Shown: positions 39,333 through 52,146, numbered from the whole stretch's first letter. The stretch: DNA of 52,473 bases, filler included, from Sphacelaria rigidula (GCA_964200075.2; 4 parts of 4 records of this genome joined end to end with filler, not necessarily neighbours in it); one strand, 5' to 3'. Notes: generated by a model from the letters alone, not told the origin. Numbers and translations are program-made.

Positions 39333-39432
39333 NNNNNNNNNNNNNNNNNNNNNNNNNNNNNNNNNNNNNNNNNNNNTTAATTAATTAANNNNNNNNNNNN
39401 NNNNNNNNNNNNNNNNNNNNNNNNNNNNNNNN
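39333..39432. other. Artificial contig linker (N44-TTAATTAATTAA-N44)
   Basis: Stop cassette at 39377-39388. Confidence 0.97.
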
Positions 39433-39723
39433 TGTGGGGAAAGCACTGTTTTAGGCTTGAGCCTCATCTCAAAGGTAAACCTCAATTCGCACAATTTGTT
39501 GTTCTTCAGTGTTTTTGGGTTGAAACGGAGGCGAAAAAGATGATTATTTACTGTGTGGACCACCAGTAGCGCAGTTGCCGGTGCAGTATAACGACCGCAC
39601 GAGTGGGGAGGAGGGAAGAGCTCAGTTGAGTCGATTTCCAAGAATATTTTGCATCATGACGTATTACCATTGATCCACATCGCCGTTCCGCACTCCTGCT
39701 TTGACTCGAATACCTGTATGTAG

Positions 39724-42333
39724 GTGTCCGCGTCTTTCCCCTCGACCAAAAAGTGGACGTCAAGACGCATCTCCTCGCGCTAAAGCTGTTTCGGCCTCAT
39801 CGATGTTTGGACAAGCACAGCGGTGACGTGGTCTTCAAGTGGATCATACAAGTGCTGGCGCAGCATGGCATACGCCATGAGGATATCCCCGGCGCGGTGA
39901 CGGATGCCGGGTCCGACATCCGGAGTGGGGTGGTGTCGGCATGGTCTTGGGAGTGGTGCTTTGCCCACCTCGTCAACCGCGCGACCATTGACGCCACGGG
40001 AATGTCGCCCGCGAAGGATCGCTCCAAGAATGTTCAGTGTCGCGAACTACTGGAGCTGATCAAACGGATGGTGGAGCACTTCAATAAGCCCGCCGTTGAC
40101 AAGGTTAGATATCATGGAATTTGTATAACAGTCTGCGTGCTCCATGTACCGGTGCCATCTCCAGTCGCTGGGAAGTCACGTTTATTTATCCATGGCTAGT
40201 TCTTGCATTCGTAGGTGACACTTCCGATTACTCCTTTCATCTTCTTTCGAGTGCGAATGGTGGTTACAGTAACATCCGCGAAGCACAAATCGTTCTCGGT
40301 CTGCGATATGTATGCACAACCTCATCACTGAAGTTGCCTCGACGCTGACTCGTCTGTTTTTTTCTTGGAATTCCTTTGCGCGTAACCACTGTTATGAGCA
40401 GATTGCCCTGGAGGATATCATCGACGAAGTGTCGGGAGGAGAGGGCTCCACCGCAAAGCTGTCGCAAGCCGTTGCCCAGCGCTGGATCAGCGTCTTCCAG
40501 ATGCTGCTGCGTGTCCTGCAAAGGGAAGACGCCCTGGGGACATTTCACTTGGCCAAGGGGGAACCCTTTCCCTTGACGGGCAAAAAGGACGAAGTGAGCC
40601 GCAGATCGGTGTGTCGGTGCCTGGTATATCGGCGGCCCACATACCAACTTGCTGTTGCAATGCTTCGCGGACGCTGGCCGCTATAGGTTGACAAAACGTG
40701 ATTGATGTGACCCGTGATTCTTGGAACACCCCCACCCACCGTGGGGGCGAAATCCTCATCCTGCCCCTTTCCTTGATGGAGTTGTGACAAGATTGTTGTC
40801 TTGTTCGAGCGTCACTGAACGCCTGTTTTGTCCGCCTAACAACAATGTTGTGTTCTCAGCTTGAGAAGGAATACAGCATCGTCAATGACGTGAAGGGGGT
40901 AATCGTGTACTCACAAACGACGTACAAGTCAACCGCGCAGGGTAGACTACAACACCTGGTCCTAATCGCCACCACCGCCTTGGACCCGAAACATCCACTC
41001 AAGGTGAGGCATGTGCGGGCAGTCGGGCAGGGGTAAAGAGGACGTGGAACCGGAGGAGGTATGACCCTCCGCTGACTTGACAGGGATCGCGAGAATCACC
41101 CGCGAGGAGTTTGCACGGGGCGTGGCCAGGCGGTTTGTATCACTACGTTATGGGAAAGGCCTCTCGTCTCACAGCCATAGGTATGATATGACCATGTTCT
41201 TCACTCCGGGCGGGCGTGGTCTTAATTATCTGAAGAGGCTGAAGAATTCGACCGTCGGAACGCTGGGAGGTTTCACAAAGTCAGTAGAGGGCGTGAAGTC
41301 AGTAACTATTGGCCAGGTGAATGATCTCCTCGCGGGAGCGATGAGTAAGAGCAGGGCCAGGCCGAAAACGGCTCCCGTCGTGGTGGACGTCGAGTCGCGA
41401 GTGGTGAAGCGATAAAAAGCCGCCACCGGCGCAGCTGTCGATCCACGGCGAGAGGAGTTCGCCACGGAGGGCATCATGGACTCGAGCAGCGACGAAGAGG
41501 GGAAAGCTGCGAGCACTCCCGAGACCACTGCCGAGGAAGAAGCCGGCAACCTAATCAAGGCATGGAAAAACGCCAAGGTGTGTGGTGCGGTGCGATGTAT
41601 CGTTTTTTCTGCATTGCACGTTCCCGTTCTTTGACTCATCTCCATGAAGAAAAACGCGACGCCAAGCATTGGGATTCTTCCCCCGGCATTTCAATGTAGC
41701 AAGACGCACACATCATCATTGCTCCACCGCATACAATTCATTGGTTTGTTTTTTTACAGACGCATGTACCGAGAAGTTCAATTACATACCAAAAATCAGA
41801 CTGTGATCATGGCGAGAGTGCAGTAGAAATATAGGACGCTAGACTGTAGGTCGCTAGCGAACCGTATCCCACTGCTATGCGTTCAATATCATATTTGTTT
41901 TCGTCGCTCCGGGTTACAGATCGGGGGAGAGGAGGAGAAACTGGACGGTGTCGACTATTGGCGGGCCCACAGCAAAGAACACTCGCCTCACCTTCGGTCC
42001 CTGGCGCAGGCGGTGTTTGGTACACCTCCCTCCGCGGGAGTAATGTAGCGTGACTTCTGTGTCGCGGATATGTTTCAGCCCCGCAAGCGTGGTGGCGTCG
42101 ACCCCGCCAATCTCGAGATGGCCTTGTATCTGCGGGGCCAGTTCGACGACATCCCTGTAGAAATCCCACAGCTAAAGGATGAGCAGGCATCGAAAGCCGT
42201 GCCAAGTCGGTTTACGGACAGAAAAATGCTGGAAGAGGTTGAGGTGTTGAACTTTTCTCTCGAGCCCGAGAGTGATATGGGGGAGGAGGAAGATTGTTCG
42301 TGGGAGAACGAGTACGGAGCGGTTCCGAATTAG
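39724..42333 (+). pseudogene. Intron-containing hAT-superfamily transposase, inactivated
   Basis: Exons 39724-40103 (VTDAGSD...WCFAHLVN: second Asp and CxxH), 40402-40593 (QRWISVFQMLLR, the RW motif), 40860-41577 (stops at 41034 and 41413, frameshift near 41040-41076) and 41920-42333 (YWRAH...LRSLAQAVFGTPPSAGVM*RDF...RKRGGVDPANLEMALYL: hAT C-terminal domain with TAG at the catalytic Glu position, 42046-42048). Confidence 0.85.
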
Positions 42334-42410
42334 CTTGTTGGAATTCGTCTGACCCCAACGTGCAGTGTGTGGGTTCCCATTATCATTTTGAGTGGGAAAG
42401 TAGGGCTGTC

Positions 42411-42685
42411 GCGCCCTGGCGGTCCACTGGTCACCATTAGGGAGGAGATAGCGAGGGTTCGAATTCCGATGCGTTGAGATTCTCCAAAATGATTGATTCC
42501 CACCGCCGATAGCGTTGGGACGAAAGTGAACAAGAGGCGATTGACTGAGTATGTTTGACGAAAGTTGACGATGTGCAGAAGTGCTGACCCAATACGCAGG
42601 GTTAACATGCAAGGTGTGTAAGAGGGGAAGTGGGTTGATCCCTCGAGACCGGACTGGTCACGCGGAAGGGGAGAGGTTCGAACTG
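42411..42685 (+). mobile_element. tRNA-derived SINE copy
   Basis: Head GCGCCCTGGCGGTCCACTGG, B box GGTTCGAATTCC, body GTTTGACGAAAGTTGACG..GTGCTGACCCAATACGC..GATCCCTCGAGACC, end GGGGAGAGGTTCGAAC. Confidence 0.7.
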
Positions 42686-42959
42686 CGACAATAAGTATAC
42701 TTGGGGTACAACACAGGGTGAGATATACTACTGTAGTAACGTGATGGCGTGCTGATAACGTGACAGTTCTTTAACAACAGGTTGTAAGGAGAGATGCTCC
42801 TACGACAAGTTTCTTTGATGCTGTAAAACACTGGATACCGATGAAGTCCCGTAACACTAGGCGGCTCGTTGTCGCTGGGAACGGCGATGGACAACAAATA
42901 TATCATGTTGGTGCTTTGCCGATGCCATCACTCGCCACAACTTGAAATCAGTCCCGGTC

Positions 42960-43512
42960 CGCATTGATCATCATGGAAATTGGCTACCGTGTCCGATTTC
43001 CTCGCATGTGGGCGCAGTGTGCATTGACGGAAACCCTTGAAATCTATTGGCATGGACAATGCATATTGATGGAAAAGCCCAAACTCTATCGCTACCGGCC
43101 ATGTCTATCGGTGGGCAATACCAAAATCTGTTGCCGTTGGCCATGTATATCGATGGAATGTTTGGAAAATCCATTGTCACTGACCATTTACATTGATGGA
43201 ATTTTGCGGAATCCATGGCGAAGGACCATGTATATTTATATGAATTTTTCATTGTCCATTTCCATGAACGATGTGTATCGATGGCATGGACCGAAATTTA
43301 TCGTTACCGACAAGTGCACATCGGTGTAATATTTCACACATTATTGCCAGAAAAGATGTATATCGATGAGAACATCACCCAGTACATTGTTACCAGCAAT
43401 GAATATGGGTAGGGGTATGTTGGAGTCACTATTCTCCGCAATGGATATCAATATGATCACCACCGTAGCTATTTTTGCAGCAATAGACCATTACCATGTC
43501 TATTGTCCAGGG
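42960..43512. repeat. Degenerate motif-rich repeat, probable old DNA-transposon subterminal array
   Basis: Recurrent CATGG / ATCGATGG / ATTGATGGAA / CATTGTC motifs; no clean TIR or TSD found. Confidence 0.35.
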
Positions 43513-45223
43513 TGTGGATATTTGACTGTTAAACGCCTTTTGATGGCTTGCTACGTGTTTGGACGAGCACATGGATCGTGTTTCGCCCCTGATTCAATGG
43601 GAAATGCGGATGATGAGCCAATTTGTCTGGAAGGATCACCGCATCTTGTTCAGAGCTGCGTCAGTTGGGACTAAGTCAAAAGGTACGGACACGTTTGTAG
43701 GCAAAGTACGGCATTAAGCTTCGAGTGCACGATATTATCGAAGACTACAGATTGAGATGGTATTTTGCGTGGCGCGTTTGCTTTGTGTGAGTATGCTATG
43801 CCTGAAAAATACAGTTGACCGCACTATTGACTTCACTAAACTCGATTGAGACGTTGTCTTCGAGCGTCGACGTTCAGGGTTCTGCGATTTATCATTTTCT
43901 TTTGAGCCATGCCACGATAGGGGAGGAGGGGGGGAATGTTTGATTCCACGAATTAATGTGTTCATAGATGCCTCAAACGACCTGAACCACTCGCGGTGCG
44001 CTTGTATTTGAGTAAACGCAGTGTAAAGCAGAATGAATGAGCATTATTCATCGGGAGAAAGCGCGTTCGAACAACTGTTGGCTGCTTTCAACGGCGATTG
44101 AAGTGGAATTTCGTGGAAGAAAACGGCACACAATACCCCCCCCCTGTAGCATCCCCCTTTTGGGGAACATGACATTGCATGGTTACGTGTCCCTAACAGG
44201 GAGACAAAGGTAGCATGAATGTGATTGTTGGTGTCTACTATTTGTCAAACGTGCTTTCTACTTCGAGTAGTGCGGAGTTTTGGGGGTGCTGTGGAGTAGT
44301 CCTGTCATGGCTCGATACTCTAGCTGGGAATGGTGCCAGTTCAGTGGGCACTAGGCTAGCTGCTCAAACACAATCATTAGTATCGAAGCCATTGAGCTCG
44401 ATTTACTAGGTGGGAGTCAACCCACACACCAATGACCAGGCGCATGCCCAAGGTTCACGCCGGCGACAAGACGCATAAAATGCGTGTAGTGCGGGCTGCA
44501 GCACAACATGTGTTGCATGAAGGTCAGGCTTACATTTTGTGAAGGCCGAAGGCTCCTCTGAGATAGCAGTCCGAGATAGTGTTGATGCTTCTTGTATTAT
44601 TGGCAACCGGCTGATAGCTGCTGCGTGTGCGTTGAGATGAGTTCCCGAAAGACTGTGTCCGAGTAGGGGGGAACCGTCGAAATCAAACAGACTCAGAATG
44701 GCCCATGACCTGTCGGGCTAGACAACGCAAGAGTATGACACATGGAATCTACTTGACTGGATCATAACCGATAAATCCGGAACATCCCCCCAGCCTTTTA
44801 ATAAGGCTAAGCGAAAGAAACGTGGGAAACGAAGCCTGTGCATCAACACCTGAAAACAAAGAAACGAAAAAACCTGCGACTAATGTTGCATGGGAAAACT
44901 CGGTATCTAGTAGATAGGTAAACCCCGTTAGACGGGGGAAACCCTATCCGTTAGGAAAGGAAAAAAATCTCTAGCGCCCTTTCCAATCGACAGAAACCCC
45001 AGACAAGTGCGATCGCTGTCGTTTTCCCGGGATCTCAGTTAGACTGGAGAACGATTAGCTAGTTGGCTTCATCGCGCGTCGACACCCTAGATCAGTTACA
45101 CTGAATTCCAGGGTAGTGCGGGGCTTTAACCACATCCAACTTACGTTGGAATCGCTAAAAACAACCTTTCCACAAACTCATCAATAATAGTTACAGGAGT
45201 GCAGCTTTTGGGAAGTGCCTGCC

Positions 45224-45422
45224 TGTAACTACCGATGTTTTATGCTACGAATAGAGCCCACGCGCCTTGGCTCGTAAATATATTGGCATGTTACAAAATG
45301 GGAACCAGGCAAGGCCAAGGAAGACAAAGAAAAAGAAGAAACAAAAACAGGCACACTCGCAAGTCACACTGAACAGTACGGTACCAACAATTCTTCTTGC
45401 TTATATTACAACCCCCTTCCCT
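45224..45422 (-). repeat. Polypurine tract and start of 3' LTR of the Gypsy element
   Basis: About 75 nt after the pol stop, the minus strand reads AGGGAAGGGGG (45422-45412), T, then TGTAATATAAG (from 45410). The nearest matching TTACA end is at 45224; the LTR end is tentative. Confidence 0.5.
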
Positions 45423-45496
45423 GTGCAATGATATCCTGTACCATTTCAAATATAACGACTATCCCTAGACATTCCCACTCCAGTTCAAAGTAGGGG

Positions 45497-47260
45497 TCAT
45501 TTTTCCCGTGTTAAACAATCTAGTTCCTGGCGGGATAGCTCCTCCCAGTCTCCGTCTTCGTATCGTACTCGCCAAAAGCGACTCCCGTAGTCATACACCT
45601 GACCCTTGACCTTGAGACCTCCAAAGTCTTTCCAGAAAGTAACACCTATTAGGAAAAGCTTCAAGGCGTCACTGCGCGACAGGGGAGCGGGGCGCTTCTT
45701 GGAGTGCGGGGGCGGATTGGGTGCAATTGCGGGGTTGTACAGGTGCCAAAGTGCGTGGAAAGCGTCTAGTTCCAGAGAGGAAAAGCTGTTTCGGAGCTGG
45801 CTCTCTGGCAGCCAGGCTGACACCTTCCCTTCCAACGACCTGGCCTTGTATTCCCACTGTTTCGTGCCGGCCACGGAGTTGATCTCTCGGCGGTCCACCA
45901 AAGTGACGAACTCCTGAGTTTGGGGAGAAGCAGTGTTGGATTTACAATCTGAACCCCATACATATTGAGCGCACTCGTCGGCTATCGAGTGCCTGAGATG
46001 CGGTGGGCGAACATGGAAGGGTTTCACGTCGGAGACTGCTACTCTACGTGTACGGCGTTTGCGCCCCTGCATGACTACTACCTCTACACTGAGGCCAGTC
46101 ATCAGCACTTCCCTCACTCTCCAGGGGCCCGTTTCCTCGCCTTACCGTCCCGATGTATCGTGCTGTCTGATTCACGTACCATGACCAGATCACCTTCTCT
46201 CGCCGCCACTCCGGGAGAAGGTCTCAAGATTGAGGCGTTCATCTTTGCACGAGTCGATGCTTTCGCGGCGTGTCTTTTGTCAAGAGCTAGACGTACCTCC
46301 TTGAAGTTTTGTCTACGTTACTCCACGAAGACATCCAGACCTTTACTTGATTCCTTCTCCTGGTTCAGGGGGATGAGCGAATCTAGAGACGTGCGAGGTT
46401 CACGACCGAACAGAAGCTCAAAGGGGACATGTCTGAGGGTAGGGAAACGTCTGGCAAGGTACGCTTGATCCAGAGCGCTGGGGAGACGTACTCGTCCCAT
46501 CTCTGGGGCCACGACCTACACAGCTCTGCCAGTATTTCTAGTAGCCATCCCCCCAGCCTCTCGACTGCTCCTTGGCCTCTGGGGTGATCAGAGGGCCCAA
46601 AAGCAATGTCTGCTTTCAGCCCTAAATTCCTTTCCTCCATCACTGCGGATTTTGCGGGGGACGCCGAAGGTCAAGCAGAGTTCAGCAAGGATGCGAGCTA
46701 CACTTTCAGCCTGCTTCGTTTGAAGTGGGAAGCCGAAGGGAAACTTGGAGGCTCGGTCTACGTTTAAAAGAATGTACTTGTTGTTCGTAAGCGATGCAGT
46801 GTCTATGCTCAGCAGGTCCATCTCCAACTCTTCCCATGGTTCTTCGGCTCGTGCCGCTGTCATTGCGATCTTACAGCTATTGGACCTTTTCCTTCTTTTA
46901 CAGCTGCAAGATAACACGTATAGTCTGGTATCCTTCACAATTGACTGCCAGAAAAAGCGATCTCGCATCAAAGACAGCGTGGCTCCTACTCCGATATGAC
47001 CATGTAGGGAGTGTACCAACGCCAAGATGTTAGGTACCATAACCGAGGGGATGGCTAGCAACGGGTTTTTAGTGTCCTTCGTTAGCCACGCCACACCTTG
47101 ATCGTCTAGACTGTATTGGTGTGCAACGTCATCGCTTACCCCAATCTTGACATCATTTTCCGTACTGGGTTCCTCTGCTACCTCGTCGGCACTCGCCACA
47201 ATCTCGCAGTCTGCATGCAGATGCGCAAGTTTTCCCCAACGAAAAATTAGCGAAGCAAAC
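45497..47260 (-). mobile_element. Decayed Ty3/Gypsy LTR retrotransposon: integrase with GPY/F-like, chromo-like and Tudor-like C-terminal modules
   Basis: HHCC zinc finger (HSLHGHIG...FFWQSIVKD...CSC), rve core (PWEELEMD, NVDRASKF, FGVPRKIRSDGGKEF, HPRGQGAVER, WDEYV, SPFELLFGREPR), GDLVMV...GPWRV, then chromo-like (FVTLVDRR..WEYKAR..SAWLPESQL) and Tudor-like (GVTFWKDFGG..KGQVYDY..WRVRYEDGDWEEL). Broken by frameshifts near 46620, 46420 and 46130 and a stop at 46318-46320. Confidence 0.9.
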
Positions 47261-47705
47261 CCGACTACTGTAGTGCATCTATCCCTGTGCTCAACTCGTG
47301 CTCTATGCTGCAGGGTTGCGGTCGTAGCCAAGAATGATTTGGGTGGAGTTTGAACTATCATGGGAACAGTTGTTTGAATCAAGCTCCCATTTTGTTTTCA
47401 ACAATTGTTTTGTTTTAATGCCCCGTTTCAACCTTTTTTTAATCAGGCGTTCTCCATGCGCCTTATTCCCGTCCTTGTTTTGGCGTTGTATCGGTATCCC
47501 CTCACGATCCGCGCCGTCTGGCACGCGGGCGAGACGACAAGTTGGGCACCCGAAGTTTCGTCAATTATTAAAAAAATGAAGCTTTTCCTGAGTTCTTGAG
47601 TTTCGAGCTCACAACCTGCACACCGACTGCACGAGTCACCGTCCCTAATCGACCACGTCAAAACGTTCACTCTCCACATAGTCGTGTCGGCACAACGGCA
47701 CAGCT

Positions 47706-50700
47706 TTGAACGAGGTGGGAGAGACGCTGTCAGAACGGAACAATTACAATAAACTTTATATGTTCATGGGGATCATCGGCTCCATACAAGATCGCACGAA
47801 AAAAAATAATGCAGGAGCCGAAGCGATTGCAGAGGAGCTTACGAAGGTGAGTGGAAATCTGAGAACGTGCTATTTTGGAGCTGGGTGGACACCGACACGT
47901 TGGAATGATTTCCTCTTCTTGTCGAGTGGGTTCCAGGACATTTCCCCGTTCTCCGGTGGCCGTAGTTTCTATTTTCGCCAAACAAGAACTTGAGTTCAAG
48001 AACAGTCGGGAAACGGTCAAATACCGAGACATTCGCCATATTTTTCTGGATTTCACCCTTCCCGGACGAAAATTCTTCTTTGACCAAAATGATAACTGCG
48101 GCCACCGAGGAAGGGGGAAATGTCCAGGGCCCACCTCAATGAGTAGCGCAAATCATCGCAAGGTGTCAAATTCCGCCTAGCTCTCTGTTGAGGGGCGGAA
48201 CAATGCAAGAGTTATAACAAGGCAGTTTTCCGGGTTTTGATTTCAATTTGTTCTCGAGTATATGGGAGTATATCGTTTCACGGGATCAACACTGCTGCTG
48301 TACCGCACTGCCGACTCCACGAGGGCGTGGCGTGAACGGTATGACACCGCCCATGATGCCACACCCTATAGTACGCTCCGACGCGGCAGTCGGCTGCAGG
48401 AAGAGGACACACGCCTGCTCTTTCGGTTCTCGCTTCACTCGTTGCCAAGGCTCGGGTGTGTGGATATGTTTGTATCCACGCGTGAGCGGGGGTGACCAGC
48501 CCATACACTCCGCGCCCCATTGCGGCAACGTACGAGAAGCTGAGGTTAGTTGAGGTTGCTTGATTCGGATCTGGGGTCAGCGAACCACTTCCTTTGTTTG
48601 ATCATTTCTCACTTTCACTGCTTACACCCACGGGTTCCGAATACATCAAATGAAGATACCAGAGAACGGTTGATGGTGTTGAACCACGTCCGATTGCCCT
48701 GCCTGAACTCCGTATTGTTCGTCCACTGCACTTTGTCAGCGCGCGCGGGGTAACTTGAATCGCGTGACGATGGCCCAAGCAAAAACAGAAGTGTTCGACA
48801 GTAACATAACACATGTTTCCTACGCCCGTCAACGCGAGCCGGCACCCCCGCCCCCTCTTGAGAACGACAGCTGTACGTGCGGGTCCCGTCCATGACGACT
48901 CTACGGCAATGGAAAAAAGTGGTTGTGTCGACATCGCCAGAAGCGATGAAGGCCATCGCTTGGGCGTTTCAATACGACAACCGTGGCGTTGACTCGGGAG
49001 CCATATCCCTGGCTTTTCTCAGAAGCAAGCGGTACGCAGACCTGTATGATAAACCCCAGGCCCAATCCATCGCGATCAATATTCTCGTCAGGTACACACC
49101 ACCCGTCTAATGCGGCTAGATAATCAAATGACCCTTAGTTTATTGCATCTTGTGTCAGGGTCAATCGCTGGGGATTTCGACGTACGATGCATCGCGTAAC
49201 GCACCCGAACCCGACGCCCACAAAAACACAGACGCCGACTGTGCATCGTTGAGGCACGCGCTGGAGCGGCCACCCGCTGATCACACACCGCTCAACATGG
49301 ATAATGATATGCTCATTTCACATCGGTGATGATGACCGTTTTCAGACGCTAATTTTTCTCATCAACATCGGACTCTCGTACATTCAACATCCCGTGGAAG
49401 GGTCTCCGAAAACGAGAGCACCAGACAGAGTTGCCGGTGGGCGGGATATCAGGTTCGCCACATGCGGTTTCCCTTGGTCCCGTCACGCAGCACCTAACTG
49501 GTGAAAAGTCTAATGTACTCTTCACAGCACACATTATATATTCGCGCTGCCCGCAGGTTCCAAACGGCGAACAAGACGAATCCTTAGCGAGTGACTGGGG
49601 GCGTATCTCCACAGATGCACAAACAGCCGCAACCCTCCTGGAGCATTCAGAGAGGCAGATCCCTCGTGAAGCGTGGACGCACGTCTTCGAAGAGAAAGTT
49701 TGCATCAATTGTAACACGCGCGTCGACTGCGGTGGACCGTAACCGCTGTCGTAGGCTACAGTATTTCGGAAGCAAGGATCGCGCGTGCAGCACATGTTTG
49801 TGTCACGCTTAGACTTGCGCCCCTTACGCTAGCAACCTTTCTGGCATCATTCCACCTTGCATAAAAAGCGCAGCGTTTAAGCAGGTGGCGTAGATAGCGC
49901 AGCGTTTCGGCAAGTAGCGTAATCGATACTAATTTTTTAATGGGGGGCATAAGAGAGCTTAAACTCTCCAGTAGAGTTGACAACAATGATCTAAATGTCG
50001 ACGTGGTGTGATATGTTGGGGTTGAACTCTGCTATCATCGACCGCGGCCGGGTCTGATATACCAGTCATTCAAACTGCCGGGTTGACTTTCGTTTCTTTG
50101 TTTCACTCCATATATCTAAACATATATTCACAGTGTGTAGTATGCATGTAGTGATCGGTGGATCTGCATCCGGTCAAAAATGGCGCTTGTTGGATATTGC
50201 GAGCATATTTGAGCATTAAACCCATCTTGCGAGCATGGATCGTCGAGCACATATTTTGTGAAATTCGAGCATAGATTGCGCTCCACGAGCCGAATCTTTT
50301 GTGTAACTACTAGCATTACAAAATTACTTTACTAGCATGAGGGGCAAAAGCGCTGTAACACTCACGGGAGGCATTTTGCGCTCCGCGAACATCATCGCGA
50401 CTAGGGTTGCTCGCGAGTTGACTCGCAGCACATACGGGCTGGAGGATTTCAAGCTGCACGTCACGGACTTCATCACATCAGTAGACAACAGCATAGAAGA
50501 GACACGGGCAAGCCTGCCCGAGGAAGAACGGAACGGAGCAGCCACGAAGGCGTTCGAAGATGTCTGTCTCAGCAAACCCCATCGGCGGCTGGACCTGGTA
50601 CGTGATCGACACACAAAAGTCAAGAGTTGAATGTTGGATAGTGAGTAATTCGGGTGATAGGTCGCCGAGACGATACGAACGTAAGGTGGATCGGACATGC

Positions 50701-51558
50701 TGCTATGATAAATGAATCCAAATCGCGCAGAACGGGCTTGCGACGCGCGAAATTGGCGCATGCCAGTCATGGGTACAACAAGGATGGTACACCCACGTGA
50801 TTGGGAGACAAGTGAAACATTTCCACGAGGTTGTTCACCTAGATTTTCAACCACGGCCCGTTTTCGCCGAAAGCACAAAGAGGGGCCATGAGGCGGTACA
50901 ACGATAGCTGGAGGAAGAGGTGGGACGAAGCCAACAACACCATCGCTCGCTTGAAGTTGGCGAACGCGGGCGACGAGGAAGGCGACGGCGAGGATGCTGG
51001 TGAATCGGAGGAGGATGATAGCGATTGTCAACAACCGGCTGAGGGCAGCCGCAAAAACGAATTGGGTTCCTCGTGCGACCCATCATCAGACGTCAGGTGA
51101 GAAGGGATAGCATGAATCAACCCGCAAGCCGTTTCGACGGTGTCGAGCACACCAGTTGACCTCCCGAAGTACAATGCTACCGTTCTAAGATCGGCACGTG
51201 TAATGATTGAAACAACAATCGCCTTACCTGGAAGACGGCCAACCGCTCGACACTTTCATGCCGTCCTCGCAATGGCAGATACCATTGCGTACACTGCGGA
51301 ATGAAGCACCAGACCTTCTGTGAGCTGCTTGTGCCCGTCTCCGAGGGTGCATCTCTTGCCGAGAGGAAGCGACGTTTCTGCCTTGTCTGCGAGGACGAGC
51401 CGGGGCGCCAGAAGAGGAAAGGGGACATAACTGACGGGGCCGGAGGCGGAGGGAATCCTAAAAAGAAGGAGAAGAAATCGTCACAGGCAGGGCAAATGCT
51501 ACCCCCTGCCGGTCCCACCGTGGAAAGCAGAAGGTGCGAGGATAGGTTGCCGTTGTGA
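47706..51558 (+). pseudogene. Degenerate multi-exon gene of unknown family with Cys/His clusters, possibly TE-borne
   Basis: Coding-like segments bounded by splice-like sites (to 47847|GTGAGT; ~48871-49091; 49557-49740 HVFEEKVCINC; 50337-50620; 50843-51096; 51160-51558 HCVHCGMKHQTFC...FCLVC). In-frame TGA at 51157 and 51208. A full spliced model could not be built. Confidence 0.35.
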
Positions 51559-52146
51559 AGACTGTGTCGTCGACTGCAGCTTACCTTTAGATTGCTCCCT
51601 TGGACGACGGTTGTGACAGCATGCATAAGTCGGTCGACATGCGACACTGGGACTGTCAAGCGCAGCTGTCTGTAGGTTCTCCCGTCTTTCGTTCAACCTC
51701 GCGCACTGCTCGACTATGAAAACCTGACGGTGCAGCCGCCAGCTTAACCACCGTAGTGGAACGCACGCCGAAGAAATACGCGGATTGACCCCCACCCCAA
51801 CGCCAGCCCAAACCTCCAGCCAAACAATGAACGGCTTTCCACCACGTGATGTTCGATTCCACAGTGCATGTAGGGCCTTGTTTACTCAACATAGACGACA
51901 ACAAACAGAAGCGTGAATATTCCAATCTGCTCAATATGAGGATATTTTGTCATATCGATTTTACGTGTCGGTTGTTACCCCCCCCAAACCAACCACTTTC
52001 TCGGGAGGGGCTGTATCGAAGAACACACGCTACACCCCGCGACGTGCGGATGACCAGCGCGCAACGAAGGAAACCTGACGATGCTATTGCGTGCTTGCGA
52101 CGTGATATTGTACAGGGCTCATCACACGAGCATACAGGAGGATAAT

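Noticed and set aside
51199-51210. TGT AAT GAT TGA as a CxxU selenocysteine motif
   Set aside because: A second in-frame TGA lies at 51157, I recognised no SECIS, and the context is decayed TE-rich DNA. A TGC/TGG-to-TGA mutation is simpler. A SECISearch run on 51560-52150 would settle it.
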